Origin: Tubiluchus corallicola | Taxonomy: Eukaryota > Animalia > Priapulida | DNA: 64,000 bases | Direction: 5' to 3' | Assembly (NCBI GenBank): GCA_030141605.1 | Contig: JAQGDQ010000358.1 | Coordinates: 62,001-126,000 of the forward strand | In this document: positions 42,501 to 55,680 of the stretch, one piece after another | Layout of the letters: each line of letters opens with the position of its first letter | How positions within the stretch are numbered: the first letter of the stretch is position 1 | The notes under the pieces: model-generated | Database searches by the model: none | What the model was told of the DNA's origin: nothing | Seen by the model: the letters and a program-made list of their open reading frames with translations, nothing else | Made by a program: the position numbers and the translations under genes

Positions 42501-45500
42501 GGACTCTAAACGTCTTTTAAAAATCCAGTCATTCTACAATCAACTGATACAAAATTCTCACAAAACGACACTACTAGCTAACCCTTTGACACCCTTAACT
42601 AACCCTAACCAATACCATAACAACTGCTGGTAGGAGGCATATAAAATGCGAGAGTGAAAGTGTGATTAACAGAAGCTTAATGAGAGAGAAACTATGGGCA
42701 AAATGCCTATATATCTGCTTCGCCCTGTCGAGCTAAGGTATTCTACTGTAATTTTAACATTAATCTTTTTAAGTTGAACTAGTCAGCTGGTAATACTTAA
42801 CAGATTACTTTGATTATTTTCCGCATGTGTCAAGTATCGATTATTTTGCTAAGGGCTAAGTCGTCGAATACTACAGTTTTTAACCAAATCATATTAATCT
42901 AACAGAACAGAAAATTCTCTTGCAGGTGTAATTAATCATTTAATGTAGGTAACTTCAGAACTTTATGACAAATACATTTCAGGAACCTATGTAAAAAATC
43001 TGACGTAGCCTCAATTATTTTTCATTATAAAACAGTAAGAAGTAGTAAAGCTTCCAAATTTCAGTTGAAAGAGCATTTTTTATCAATAAGCTCCTACATG
43101 TGCTTTCTGCTCTAAAAAATGTAGAAAATAATTAATAACTCGCATTTAAATAATACACAATTTGCACCAGGCTTATTTTAATATCTTTGCTTTTAAACAT
43201 TAAAAACATTATGCTGCACTGAATGAAATAATTATAATTAATTATAAAGACGACTTGGTTTACAACTCAGTTTACTGATGCTGTTTCTCATGCTGAAAGT
43301 CTTGTACTTTATTATAGAGTTCAAGAGCAAGGCTTATAATAACTAACTATAAGCTGCTGACTGCTCACACTGAGCTGCATTGGTACAACTGAACTAGCTC
43401 TAGCAGACAGAATTGTGCATGCTCATTGAACAGCGACTCAGAAGGTCCTGGACACAACTAGAATAGAAATAGCTGAACTACCAAACGGCATCTTTTGTCG
43501 GTTTCTTTATTCTGTGGTCCTGAGTAAACATCAGTACAATAATTGACGTCAAACAAAATGTCAATCATTCTCAGTCAAGCTCTGTTGACTGTCCAATCAG
43601 TGTGCATATTTTCACACGCCCACAGAACCGGTTCATTACCCCGTCTTTCGGGACAAGAGCTCTAACTATGTATTGTCGGTATATGTTACATTCTTATGAA
43701 AAATGTCAACTTCTCATAAATTTGCGGGAGAGAAATCACCTTGGTTTTAGATCTTATTACAGGTTGTCGATTGCCTGTATTGTTGATTAAAATTGCAAGT
43801 GAATTAGTGGAAATACATAGTATAATTTCGTTTTTTATAGGAAGAAATGCACAGTGCTTGTGTCTATGAGTTACTGATTTTGCTTTTAATAAAATAAGCA
43901 GTTAAGTTTAATGCACGACCTTGCAAGCTAGATCAAGACAAGTATTAAACTTTAAAAAATACAAATTAACTTAGCGAGGTTAATTAGGCTGATCATATGA
44001 CCGCCGCTTTAATGATCGCAAATGTAAAATGGCCTACTTGAACAGAGGTGACAATGAAATTTATAACTTTATATTTAAGCCAAGTTTGCAGGTATAAATG
44101 ATTCAAGGTTAACATGCATGTAAAAATTACAGCATGAGCACTTCTAGGTATGTTTGCGCAGGTTGTAGGAATGGCCAGTTAGCAATTGTTGATTTATTAC
44201 ACCTATGTCTCTGCAATATGTCAATTGACGTCAAACATATTGGTCTATCGCTCTGCTGCCACTGTAACGTCATTCGTTAGCCAGTTAGCCTTGGTTTACA
44301 ATAAATGCGCAACAAAAATATTAAGTCTCTCTGGTCTTTAAACATACGAACATCATTCATGCCCGCGATGTATTTTTCTATATTAACTGATCATGTGCTC
44401 GTCTGCAAGATTTATTCAGTTTTCGTATTTTTCATTTTGTTAGGCTGCGGAAATGGAATAAATTTGATTGTTCCATTCTATAGACGACCCTTATATTGAA
44501 TGCCCGAGTCACATAAGTCGCAATAGCATCTTTTAACCATGATTATAACCAGAAAAACAACGTAAAATTAGCTTTGACTACATTTGAATGAATTTTGACT
44601 GTGAAGATCTCATTGAGGTTTATAAAAACTGCCTAGAAAGGAAAACATTTTGTCCTTATTTAAATTTAATCAAATAGTTGTTTTTTATCTAACTTGCAAA
44701 GCCATAAACTAAACTTAACTGCGTATTTTCTTGATTCCAAAACTGTTTAATCAGCAACTCATAAACAAGCATTGTGCATTACTTCCTATAAACAAAACAA
44801 GGCTAAATATTTCCACTAATTCACTTGCAATTTCAATTGACAATAATAAAATCTAGAACCAGGCCAATATTTCTCCCACTAACTAATGAAAAGTTGACTA
44901 TTTTTCATAACAGTGTTAGACGGAGCTGTAGCTAAATGTACGTACCTGCGTTAATTATGCACGTTGATTGGGCAGTGATCGAAAATGATTGACATTATGT
45001 TAGACGTCAGTTACACAGAAACTTCTAAAAAATGAATCGTTAATGATATGAAAACTAGTCTATATATAGTTTAATTGTATCATTTTTTATTCCGTGGCAA
45101 GAAATATAATCCATAATAATTAACTGATGCCTATTTACTTTTTTATTTAGCATAATTTGCTATTCATCCCTCTGCTTTTTTGAACGCCGGGTAAAAAAAA
45201 CAAAGAATTTGTGAAGACTCCAACGGTGTAGGGCATTGTAGGACTTCATATCATAGCTAAGCTTTGCTGCTCCTGAGAAGGCCTGTTAGAATCAATGTAT
45301 TTTTCTGGGTGATTTTACCTATGTTTATCCAAATGAGCCTTGAACTGAGCTCTGTACGCCTTGAAATCGAATTTCAATTTCAACTTTGAAATTTGAAAAC
45401 TGCTCAAAATAAGACTGCATGGAAATTGGAACAAAAGGAAAGATGTATTCTCCCAGTTTAAATGGGTATAATAATTAAATTTTTGTTAACAAAATCATAA

Positions 45501-45999
45501 ACACGAATCTGAATTGGATTTCATTAATTTTCTTGCATGATGTTTCAAAATTACTATAGTGAAATTTTGGTAAATGAACAATAAAAGCAGATCGACTTAA
45601 AAAAGCTAAAGTTAGCATGAAACGAATATTGAATTTAAATGCTAAGGTCAAACGATGTCGTACGGCTTTGCTTGTAACATGTGGAGCAGTGTGGACTGTA
45701 GCATAGGAGTCGTGAAGGTGATTTTATTACGAATAAATAATGACTTTTTAGCGAAACTTAAACACCGTCTGGGGCGGTCCTGCCCGAAGATCTCTGGCGC
45801 TTTATCTATTTGTTTGTAGTTGTTTAAGTCAAGTAAATGTTTGGGGAGATTGATGCCCGAGACCCATTTATCAGTATACGAATGTGGAACTTATGAGTAG
45901 AATAATAATTGAGTGTACGACGCCAATTATGGATTGTAGAAAAGAATGTGGAGTGATTATATGAAGCTCTATACAGTGTATATAGATCCTGCAGTGGTT

Positions 46000-46837
46000 C
46001 TTTTGCGATTACTTGCTGATTATTGCATCCGATTATTTGTTGATGATTTAAAGCCTTTCGTCCAATTTGGGACGATCTTGATCGTTATATTTTACAACAT
46101 GACTTAGATGACATTTTAGACTGGTGCAGTAAATGGTTGATGACACTTAAACCCAGTAAATGTGCTTTATTTAGAATACGGCCTAAATCTATTACACCTT
46201 ACCTTCTAAATAATGCTCAAATAGCAGGAAAAAAGTTCTATCAGAGACTTGGGAGTAATGATTTCTAATGACCTTAAATGGAATTCCCATATGAATCATA
46301 TCATTACTAAAGCAAACCGTCGTATTGGCATGATTAAGAAGTGAGTGATATCGAGAAATGCAGCAGTAATTATTCCCTCTATAAAGCTGTTGTTCGACCC
46401 ATTCTGGAATACGCATCTGTTGTATGGTCACTCCAGTATGTTACTCTTAATAATGCTCTTGAAAAAACTCAGGATAGATGTACTCGTCTTGCTATTGATT
46501 TGGATCCCACTTCAATTTCTACTCTTGAGCAAAGGCGTGACACTGTAGACATTGTGAACTGCTTCAAAATAATTAGCGGAAATACTGTTCTGACTGAGGC
46601 AGACTTTTTTCCAGGCCTCACAGAGTTCTTCGTGGTCATGAATCTAAGTTATTTGTGCAACCAGCTAGAACCAACATCAGATCACACTTCTTTGGGCATC
46701 GTGTAGTTCAACCATGGAATCATCTTTCATCATTAACCATCAGTGCTTCATTAGTTGTCAGTTTCAAAAGGCATTTGAGAGAGGGCCGTCGTTTATAGAT
46801 AGTTACCATCTAGGTCCTTATTTCTTTGGATAAGGTA
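46000..46837 (+). mobile_element. 5'-truncated decayed CR1-like LINE (RT C-terminal region plus 3' UTR)
   Basis: LQHDLDDILDWCSKWLMTLKPSKC, RDLGVMISNDLKWNSHMNHIITKANRRIGMIK, LYKAVVRPILEYASVVWS, RGHESKLFVQPARTNIRSHFFGHRVVQPWNHL spread across frameshifts. Confidence 0.88.
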
Positions 46838-47907
46838 TGCTGAATCTTAGCCTAGGCAAGATTTGCCCAGTTAGGGACTGACAACACTGTAACCTGTTGT
46901 CATTATTGCAAAGTCAATGGAATATTATAAGGCTGTTTTCACTCCCATTTGCTGGCTATGTAGCAAAAGTGAGCCGAGGTTCACAGATTTTTGCGGACTT
47001 TAAGTGGACAAGGATTTGAGAGCGTTACAAATTTACTAATGCCGATTAAACGCGGATTTTTTTCTTTTGCGGAGTTCACGGACTCAGCAACAGCAGCTAA
47101 GCTCAAAAGAACAAGCAATAAATTATTGACAATCATTAGGTTTTTTCGATTTTTAGCATGTTACTGTGGATTTTAAAATTCCCGTTGCGGATATTTTGCA
47201 GACATAGCTGATTAATGTTGCGTGGTACGGAGTCTAAGCAAATATGAAGTCTCTCGGGAAGTTGAGCTTATTTTAATATTTCAGAAAAACGTTAGAAAGT
47301 TTCAGCAATAAAATTGCGATAAGTGCCACGTGTAATTAGTAAAATCGATCTTGATCTCTTGACTTCAAGTTTGGGCATGCTCATTTTGAATAAAAAATGG
47401 CGTCATCCAGTCACCATGCAATATAAACAGTTATCCTACTAGGTGTTTAAGCACTCTTTTTTTTCAGTTCCAGTTACAATTATTGACTATGAACAACAGA
47501 TTATTGTTACTATTTTTTCCTTTTTGATGAATCTTGTTGCCCACCATGCAATTAACCCCGACAACGTAGCACAATGATTCTTTTAGCAAGCTGAAACTGA
47601 ACTTTATAAACGTAACATGCCTTGCACCTACTGTATGCTCAGAAGTTTGCATGCGTATCTGAAAGTCAACAAAAATCTGTAAATTATGTACACTACTTAC
47701 ACATTTTAAAGTGTAATCCTGTGGATTAAAGCGCTGTAAGTTAAAATAAACTACTTTTTATTGCATAATGTCTAACTGTGCATTAACAATTTTTGAAACA
47801 TTTTATTATGTTCACATAGTTTACCTTCATGTATAATGCATATGTAGCGAAGTCCAATATAAGAATATATTTAACTTATGAACCTGGTACATAAATAAGG
47901 AAATACT

Positions 47908-48112
47908 TAAAGTGGCGTTTATGTAGCATTCAGATGCACATACGTTTAGGTATAGATAAATCAGTTTATATTGTTTTCAATGCTTCCATTTATGCAACCT
48001 GCAATAAACCTGCAACCATTTATGCGTTATTCTTTTTCTGCAGCCATTCCAATTGATTTTTTCCGTAAGCGGAAAATGCATACGCATCCAGATGCTTGGT
48101 AAATGCCATTTA
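47908..48112. mobile_element. MITE-like element with imperfect terminal inverted repeats
   Basis: Left end taaagtggcgtttatgtagcattcagatgc is roughly complementary to right end gcatccagatgcttggtaaatgccatttaa; a second partial copy lies at 16760-16890. Confidence 0.6.
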
Positions 48113-49042
48113 AGAAGTAATATTTACTTGTACACTGCTCCTAATATGCAGTTCTTAAAGATTAAGCATTTTAAAAAGGTTTATTATATCTTCTGTGAAT
48201 TTTATTTTCTATGAAGTTCTGGTTTTGAGAAAAAAATTCTGGGAAAAGATAATTCTGGAAAGTTTTCTTTCTGGGAAGTAATTTTGTGGCAAAAAACCCC
48301 TTGAAAGTAGTGATAAGAAGTTTAATGTAGCAACGGATCGTCGCTGAGCAAAGAATACAATTTACAATCTGCCAAGTCTGTCAAAGTAGAAGTCAAGGTG
48401 TCAAGTTCTCAACCTATGAAACTACACTCATTGCAGTGCTCCATACTTAAGTCATGACTATGAACTTGGTGGGACTGAGATACAGTTTGTTCATTGAAGT
48501 CTTAGACTTGTTGGTCATGTTTCTGAGAGAATGACAATCCTTGCTGTTTGTGCCACTCATAAACCAACTAGAATGATATGAAAAAAGTGATAACACAGAC
48601 GAGCGTAAATAACAACGTCGTGTGTTACTGATGTAATTCGTGGATGGCACATTTTCACGACATTTTTTTCTGGCCAGTAATATTCTTTGTTTTACATCTG
48701 CACGTTTTCTTATTGTAGTGAGGTAGACAGACAGTGGTTCTTCCTTATGGCAGTACCCTGTGCCATCTGATCAACTCCATATTTAGGCACCCTGGCTGGT
48801 CACGTCAGTCACGTGTCATACAAATATTTGCCAAATTTTACCAATTTACTAAAAAATTCTGTTTGTAGCTGATTTTATTAAACTGATTTTAGTTAAACAG
48901 AATTTATAAATATAATCGTTCAGTTAGGTTATTTGGCAAATAGTTTGATGATAAGATCTGATTTATTTTGGGTGGCAATATATCGTATTGGAAAAGTACT
49001 TGTATTGCTGCGGTACCAAAAAAGTACTGCAAATCAGTAATA

Positions 49043-49809
49043 CAGTAGGCGACGCTTAATAGACTCACTTTGGGACCGACATATTTTGGCCCAATTAAAC
49101 AACTGAACCTATTAACCGATGGGTGTAGTGTAGGTATAGAAGTATGAGTCATCAGCTTACTATACACTGCAAGGGTTTTTAATGAATTTTAAAAAAACGA
49201 AATAATGCCTAAATTCCTTTGTGCAGTTAAAAATTAGAAAAAATATTTTAAAAATATTAATTTGTATAAGTGAATTAGCAATAAATTAAAATGTATACTT
49301 TTCTAATCACAAACTTTTCTAAGTCTGTTTATTTGCAAAAATTACAAAAATTCCTTTGAAATCGGCTGCTTCATTTTCTCGCGAAGAAGTTAGCCCACAA
49401 GTTCTTGTAATTATAAAAACGTTGAAAATTTGTTGTGTGACTATAACAGTTCTGAATCGTCTGCTCACTTACATTGTCCTTATTTACTGTACGAGGTTTA
49501 GTCTTGTAAGTTAATATATAGTAAGTAAGGAATATCGGCTGATTACTGCACCTGCATCTTTGACTGTTAACTCATTAAGCCTGAAAGTGTGATTTGCAAC
49601 AAGAAAATAGAGGAGGCTCTGTTAGCACATACAAATATCTCATTTTAAGTAGGTGAAGGAAAAATATTGAGTCAGTTATGCAGAGTTATTTGAGTTAATT
49701 ACCAATAGTTTTTATGTACATTTGAATAGAAGCGGCCCGTTACAGACATTTTTAAGTCAATTAAGCGATTGAGTCTATTAACCATGAGTCTATTAAGTGG
49801 CGCCTACTA
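49043..49809. mobile_element. Non-autonomous Tc1/mariner-pogo (Tigger-like) DNA element, about 770 bp
   Basis: TA followed by cagtaggcgacgcttaatagactc at the left end; gagtctattaagtggcgcctacta at the right end (near-perfect inverted match). Internal caattaa.c.a.tga..ctattaacc is repeated; no transposase ORF. Confidence 0.7.
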
Positions 49810-50200
49810 TTAAGTGTTCTAGTAAAAATGTGATATAAAATTTCTTTACCATATACCGATGAAGTTTGTAAAAGTGCTGGCATCAACGTGATATTTTTTT
49901 ACAATTTACATCTGTTTGGTAGTGTAATTAATGCAAATATCAATTTTTTTGTAAATTAATAATAATGCAAGATGATGATTATTAATAAACTGGTGAATAA
50001 TTAGGTAAGAAGGCTGTTGTGAAAATAAAAATTTGTTCGTTTTAAGGTGCTAATGTTCAAATAAGCTCGCCTTACTTTTGTTACTTGCTTATTTACGAAT
50101 TTTGATTTTTACAGTTTTGAAATAATTCAGAAAAACAAGAAACAACAATGAGGATGATATTGCACACATCTGCACTCATGTGCACAGATTAACTTGTGAA

Positions 50201-53200
50201 ATGCTACACAACCGACTTTTGTCACACAGATGCCTAATGCACAAATGGTGTTTAAAGAACTATATACAGTCTTCGTACACAACTTTAAATATCTGGCAGC
50301 AAATATTTCAGGTAATTTCAAATTGTCATTGGCTTTGTTCGTTAAGTTTTTTCAAGATGTGCCCTTTGGCATGAACGTAAAATAATTACTGTATATTTAT
50401 AATTGAACAATAATACGGCTTTGGTAGACTTAATTTTCTTATTTCCTATTATCATTTCTGTGGAAAATCTAAAAACATACATAAAAATTTTGAAATCTTG
50501 TAGTTCCACTCTGGTCGAATCTTATGGGCAGTGAAGCCTAAACCAATAGATGAGCAGGATGAGCTAGAGAATGTCAAACTTGCTGAAGTTCCACAAGAGA
50601 AACTTATCACTGCAGAAGTGCAACCTCCACACAATCTTGTGAAGGAGGCTGTTACAAAAGAAGGACCAGCGTTGTTTATAAGAAAATTTGACCAGACTGT
50701 TGACTGTGGCAATGGTGGCATCACCTTGTTTACACCACACAAGGATGCATTTACCGATGTTGCTTTGACTGGGAAAAATGGTGGTGCTTATGTGTTGAAG
50801 TTGCACAATGCCATTCAACCAGATGAGTTAGAATGGAAACTGGCAAAACTAGATGCGTCGAAATTGCCGTACATTTATATGAGGCTTTCCAAAATTAGAC
50901 TGACTGGTTCGTAATTTCTTTAAATTAGAACTTTCTTTGATAAAATCTGATTTAGGCTCACTTTCTTTCAAGTGTGCTTGTTACTGGCAAGAATGTGACA
51001 GTGGTGTAGTTATAAAATTTATCAAGTGAATCTGCATATGATGTTGTATATTTATACATATGTATGTGTGGAGCACAAGAGGCCTCAGATAACTTACAGA
51101 TTTCTATCAAGTGGAGGTGCACTCCACTTGACACCCCCTCAATTATACATTATTGTATTGCTTTTATGTGATGTGTTGTACATATTTTAGGTCTTGTGGT
51201 AATTACTACTGCAGCAGGATACTTCATTGCTCCAGGTTTGCTGGATTTATCTACATTTTTCTCTGTGTGTGTTGGAACTGGATTAACTTCAGCTGCAGCT
51301 AATGCAATTAATCAGGTAATGACGTGCATGTTATTAGCCATAGTTTTATTATTAATACTGCCTTTTTTTACATTTCACATTGTGTTCTAAGACTTATTTA
51401 TTCCTGCCGTACTCGTATGCAACATTTTGTTCCTTAATAAAACTTGATAATTAGTTCTAATTTTTTTAATCCTCATACATTAGCATGACAAAGTGGGGTA
51501 ACTGTTGACAACCCTACTTTTGTTACAAAACCATTTTTCCTATATCCTCATTAAGTGTTGCAATCATCATTTTTGTGTTTTGCCATCATCATTTTTGTGT
51601 TTTGCCAACATGTATGTCATTTTTCTTCTTACTTTTGCTTTATACACCTATTGTTTTTAGGGATCTGCTACATTTTCATGACTGCAAGTAAAAACCTGCT
51701 AAATTGTAATGCATATACTTTACCAAAACGCTTAGGAAAAGAAATATATCGCCCACATTAATAAGAATTTAATTCATATTGCTCATATTATTCAAATTAA
51801 GTAATCATGCGTATTAGGGCAGAGCAGTTTTTGAGATGTTTCTTTTCATTGTTTTTTTAATTTCAGTTTCTTGAAGTACCTTATGATTCACAAATGGCAC
51901 GTACAAAGGCGAGGCCTATAGTCACTGGAATGATTACGTAAGTGATATATTGCAACAGTTAATGTGATATTCAACGTTTTTTGTTGTAACAATTTATGTG
52001 GTAGTTAATGTTTTTTGTTGCAACAATTTATGTGATATTTAATACTAGAATAGGTTGTGTAATGGACAAGCAGTAAATTGTAATCTTTTGTCCTATTTTT
52101 CTATGCACTCATTATGAAATATCTAAGTTAGTTAGTTAATATCAAATATATATAATTGTGAAATATGACAGTTACATGGATAAGATACCCTTACATAGGT
52201 AGAGCACTTGACAAAACATGGGCAGTTTGGCAAAAAATCGTCATATGCATTGTGTTCATTTTTATACAATTTACTGTATTCACAGCAGTTCACTGAATAT
52301 CCATGCTAATGTATTGCTACCTTGAGTGAGCATGAATTTAAACTCATAAATTGTTAATGTATGTTGATTTTTTTCATAATTGGCAAGAAATAGTCTCTGC
52401 AATAGACATAATTGGTAAATACAAATGATGCAGCTAGCAAGAAAATTAATTAATGCTTCACTGTAAATTTGTCAGAAATTTACTTGCGAACTGTTCGCAT
52501 TAATAATGTTAAGCGTAAAGTTTACTAATTGAATCTTTTGCTTTAATCTGACATGTTGAATTATTGCATTTTTTATTGCAGTCCACTTCATGCTGTGGGA
52601 TTTGCTGCCACCTGTGCGATAGTAGGTATACCTTTGCTTGCATTGAATGTCAACCCTCTCACGGCAGCGCTAGGAGCAGGAAACCTTGTTCTGTACACAA
52701 TGGTGTACACACCACTGAAGAGAATAACCATCTACAATACTTGGGTAGGATCTGTAGTTGGTGCAATTCCTCCCATGATGGGCTGGGCAGCTTGCACAGG
52801 AGGACTTGAACCAGGTTTCGACTATAGTTTAGTATAAACAAAAGCATAACGTAACTACATAATATTCTGCAGAAGTGTTTATGGCCGTGACACCATTCTG
52901 TACATTTGAATAGCCAAACAAAAAATACAACATAGCAGTTACTGTATCACTATGTGTTAATTGATCAGCTGGAATGATAAAGTAAGTGCACCGATACTCT
53001 TGATCTAGGCTGAACTACGTTAACTGTAGAGCACGACTTCCTGTTGAGCTGGAAAGACAAATTTACCTTCATCTCGCTTTTGTCTGCATTGAACTTCAGT
53101 ATTAATTAGTGCACTATGAAGGTCAAAATCAGCTGTATGCGTAAATTATGTAATATAGAGCTAGCTGGTTTTTGGTAACTTAATTTGTTTTTGCCTCTAT

Positions 53201-54938
53201 GGTGTTTGATTGAACCTTTTCAAAATGTTTCCATACCAAGCTCTGAGTTCTTTGAAGTTATAAGGGCAAGTATGTGCAGTATATCCAACTTCCCACTGAG
53301 TTACCCATGGTAGTGAGCTGACCGTGGATTACCTGTTTTTTGAGATATGGCAGCAAGGACGGTGGATTGTGACCAAAGCTCATAGTCCCAGCTTAGTATA
53401 ACCATCTGCATTCCTTTTGTGAGAATTCCTGATTTTTTCAAATTTTGTCTCTTATGCAGGATTGTTGTCGAGCGAGATTGTTCATTGGTTTATTCATCAC
53501 ATTTCATAGTAATTCAGCTCTTCATAGTTGAGCAATGAGCGGGTGGCATTCAGCATGTGGTAACACAAGTGTATATAGGATAATTGAATAGTTTTTTATT
53601 ATTTGAATAATAGAAAAACATTTGAAGGTTCGAATAATCGATTATTCAAGCACATCCCTAGTATATACATCTGAACATGGCTAAGACGTATTCAAACATG
53701 GCTTATATGCCTCTGTCAGCTCAAGGTTTTATTTCCAAGGATTATCCTTGGTAATTAACTAGACTCAACCATGTACTTGGCTTTGCATTATATATACCAG
53801 CTATATATACAAGTGCTTTATACTAGCTAACAGTACTTTTGCATCAGAACAGTATACCGAAAAATAATTGCAAACTGTCTGTTAATAATGATTCTCCAAT
53901 GAATAATTGCTCTAAAAATTTTGACTCTTGTACAGATATTGATTGTCCTCGAGATGGGAAAAGAAGATTTAAAACGAAACCTGTTTTCAGTTGTTATAGG
54001 ACAGTAAAATATTCAACTGATAATTCATCTAGCTTGCTGATGTTTTATAGGTAGCTGGCTGTTAGCAGGAATTCTGTTTGCTTGGCAGTTTCCGCATTTC
54101 AATGCACTCAGTTGGAATATAAAGGACCAATATAGCCGTGCAGGTTATAGAATGGTTGCTGTCATCAGACCTGACCTTTGCAAAGCTGCTGCACTACGAT
54201 ACAGGTAAGTCGTTCTAGGCAGTAAGTTGTATGGGTATAGGAAAATAACAACTTCCATTTGTGAAAATTTTGATCTCTGTTGACTCACTTGGCCTTAAAT
54301 CTCATATTTAATCAAATTATATTATTGTAATTTGTAGAGCTATACTTTGAATTACATGAAAATATGGCATATTTAGAGGGTTCTTCCTCAGTTCTTACTA
54401 TTACTATTACAGTTAATAGTGTTACTATTGAATATTACTTGAATTCCAGACAAATAGACTTTCAATTCCTAGTGATTTTTAGCAAGTTGCATTATATATA
54501 TTAAATGTGTAGTTTTTAATTTTTTATGAAGTCCACTGGTTATTCATAGGATAAATGTAAGCTTCACAAAAACAAAAGGATGCACAGGTAGCATAGTTCG
54601 TAAAATATTGAAATAAATATTTATCTTTTTTCAGTGTGGGAATAATTGGCCTCTGCTGTCTGGCACCGTATGTTGGACTTACTACTTGGATATTTGCAAT
54701 AGACTCCTTGCCATTTAATCTCTATCTAAGCTACCTAGCATGGAGGTTCTATCGTGATCCAAATGCTAAGACTTCACGTAAACTCTTCTTATTCAGTCTG
54801 ATACATCTGCCATCAATCATGTGTTTGCTAGTCATAGGTAAAAAACTAAGCAGTTCTAAACACAGTAAAAAACAATCAGTAAAAGCACTTGAAGGAGAAG
54901 GGCAGATTCCTGTTACAGCTGTGACAACTGTAAGTTGA
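50201..54938 (+). CDS. COX10: Protoheme IX farnesyltransferase (heme O synthase), mitochondrial; 7 coding exons, about 466 aa
   Basis: Exons 50201-50311, 50504-50906, 51191-51315, 51867-51937, 52582-52814, 54051-54204, 54635-54938 are phase-compatible (1401 nt). Motifs [99 protein letters not shown]. The start codon is inferred. Confidence 0.95.
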
Positions 54939-55680
54939 TGCAAATGTTTATAGATGATCAATCTAAAGAATTGCACGTAGAATATGCAATATTTGTTTTA
55001 AGTAAGAAATTTTAGGTAAAGTTTCTTAGGCAAGAAATGTAAATATGTATGTAGTGTACAGTAATACAACAGTTTTGCATAAGTAATGTTACAAGGTGCT
55101 GGAATCATTCTTAAGAACAGCTTTTTTGTTTTTGCAACAGTTTTACATTATTTGCCCTGTAGTTTTTGTATATATGTGTGCATAATAGACTGCAGAAGGT
55201 TTTTAATATTAATCAATGTTGTTTCCAACACTATGAATTTTTGATAAGGATTACAGAATGGATAAAACACAGCAAATAGCTTGATTGTGTACAAAAGTTC
55301 GATGATCTAGAATTGATAAAAGACCTTGAACATGTCGTAAAATCAGTTCTAGCATTGACAAAATACCTTGAACATGTCTTTCTGATTTACAGTACCTTAC
55401 TAATTTTTAAGGTGTTGGTATAGTTACTTAGTTACTAATTTTTTTAAAGGTGTTATAAAAAAGCAGCTAAGCATTTAAATTAGGTCACTGATTCTAATAA
55501 TTGTGTGGTTAAATCCTTATACTACCTATGCCCTTTTCACTTGTGTGCTAGTGCACATGAATGGCATGTGATCATTTTAAAAAGCAACAAGACAAAAAAT
55601 ACAGTAAAAGGCAGCACCATTAGTAAATTTATGAAAGTGGAATAAATTCATTATTCAAAAAAAATAACAGTTCTCATAAC

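Noticed and set aside
48719-48745. tgaggtag let-7-like seed
   Set aside because: The rest of the sequence does not match let-7 and no precursor hairpin is evident.
51107-51131. Perfect 10-bp hairpin tcaagtggag-gtgca-ctccacttga in a COX10 intron
   Set aside because: An isolated short palindrome without a Helitron CTRR end or a second copy in the window; not enough to assign a function.
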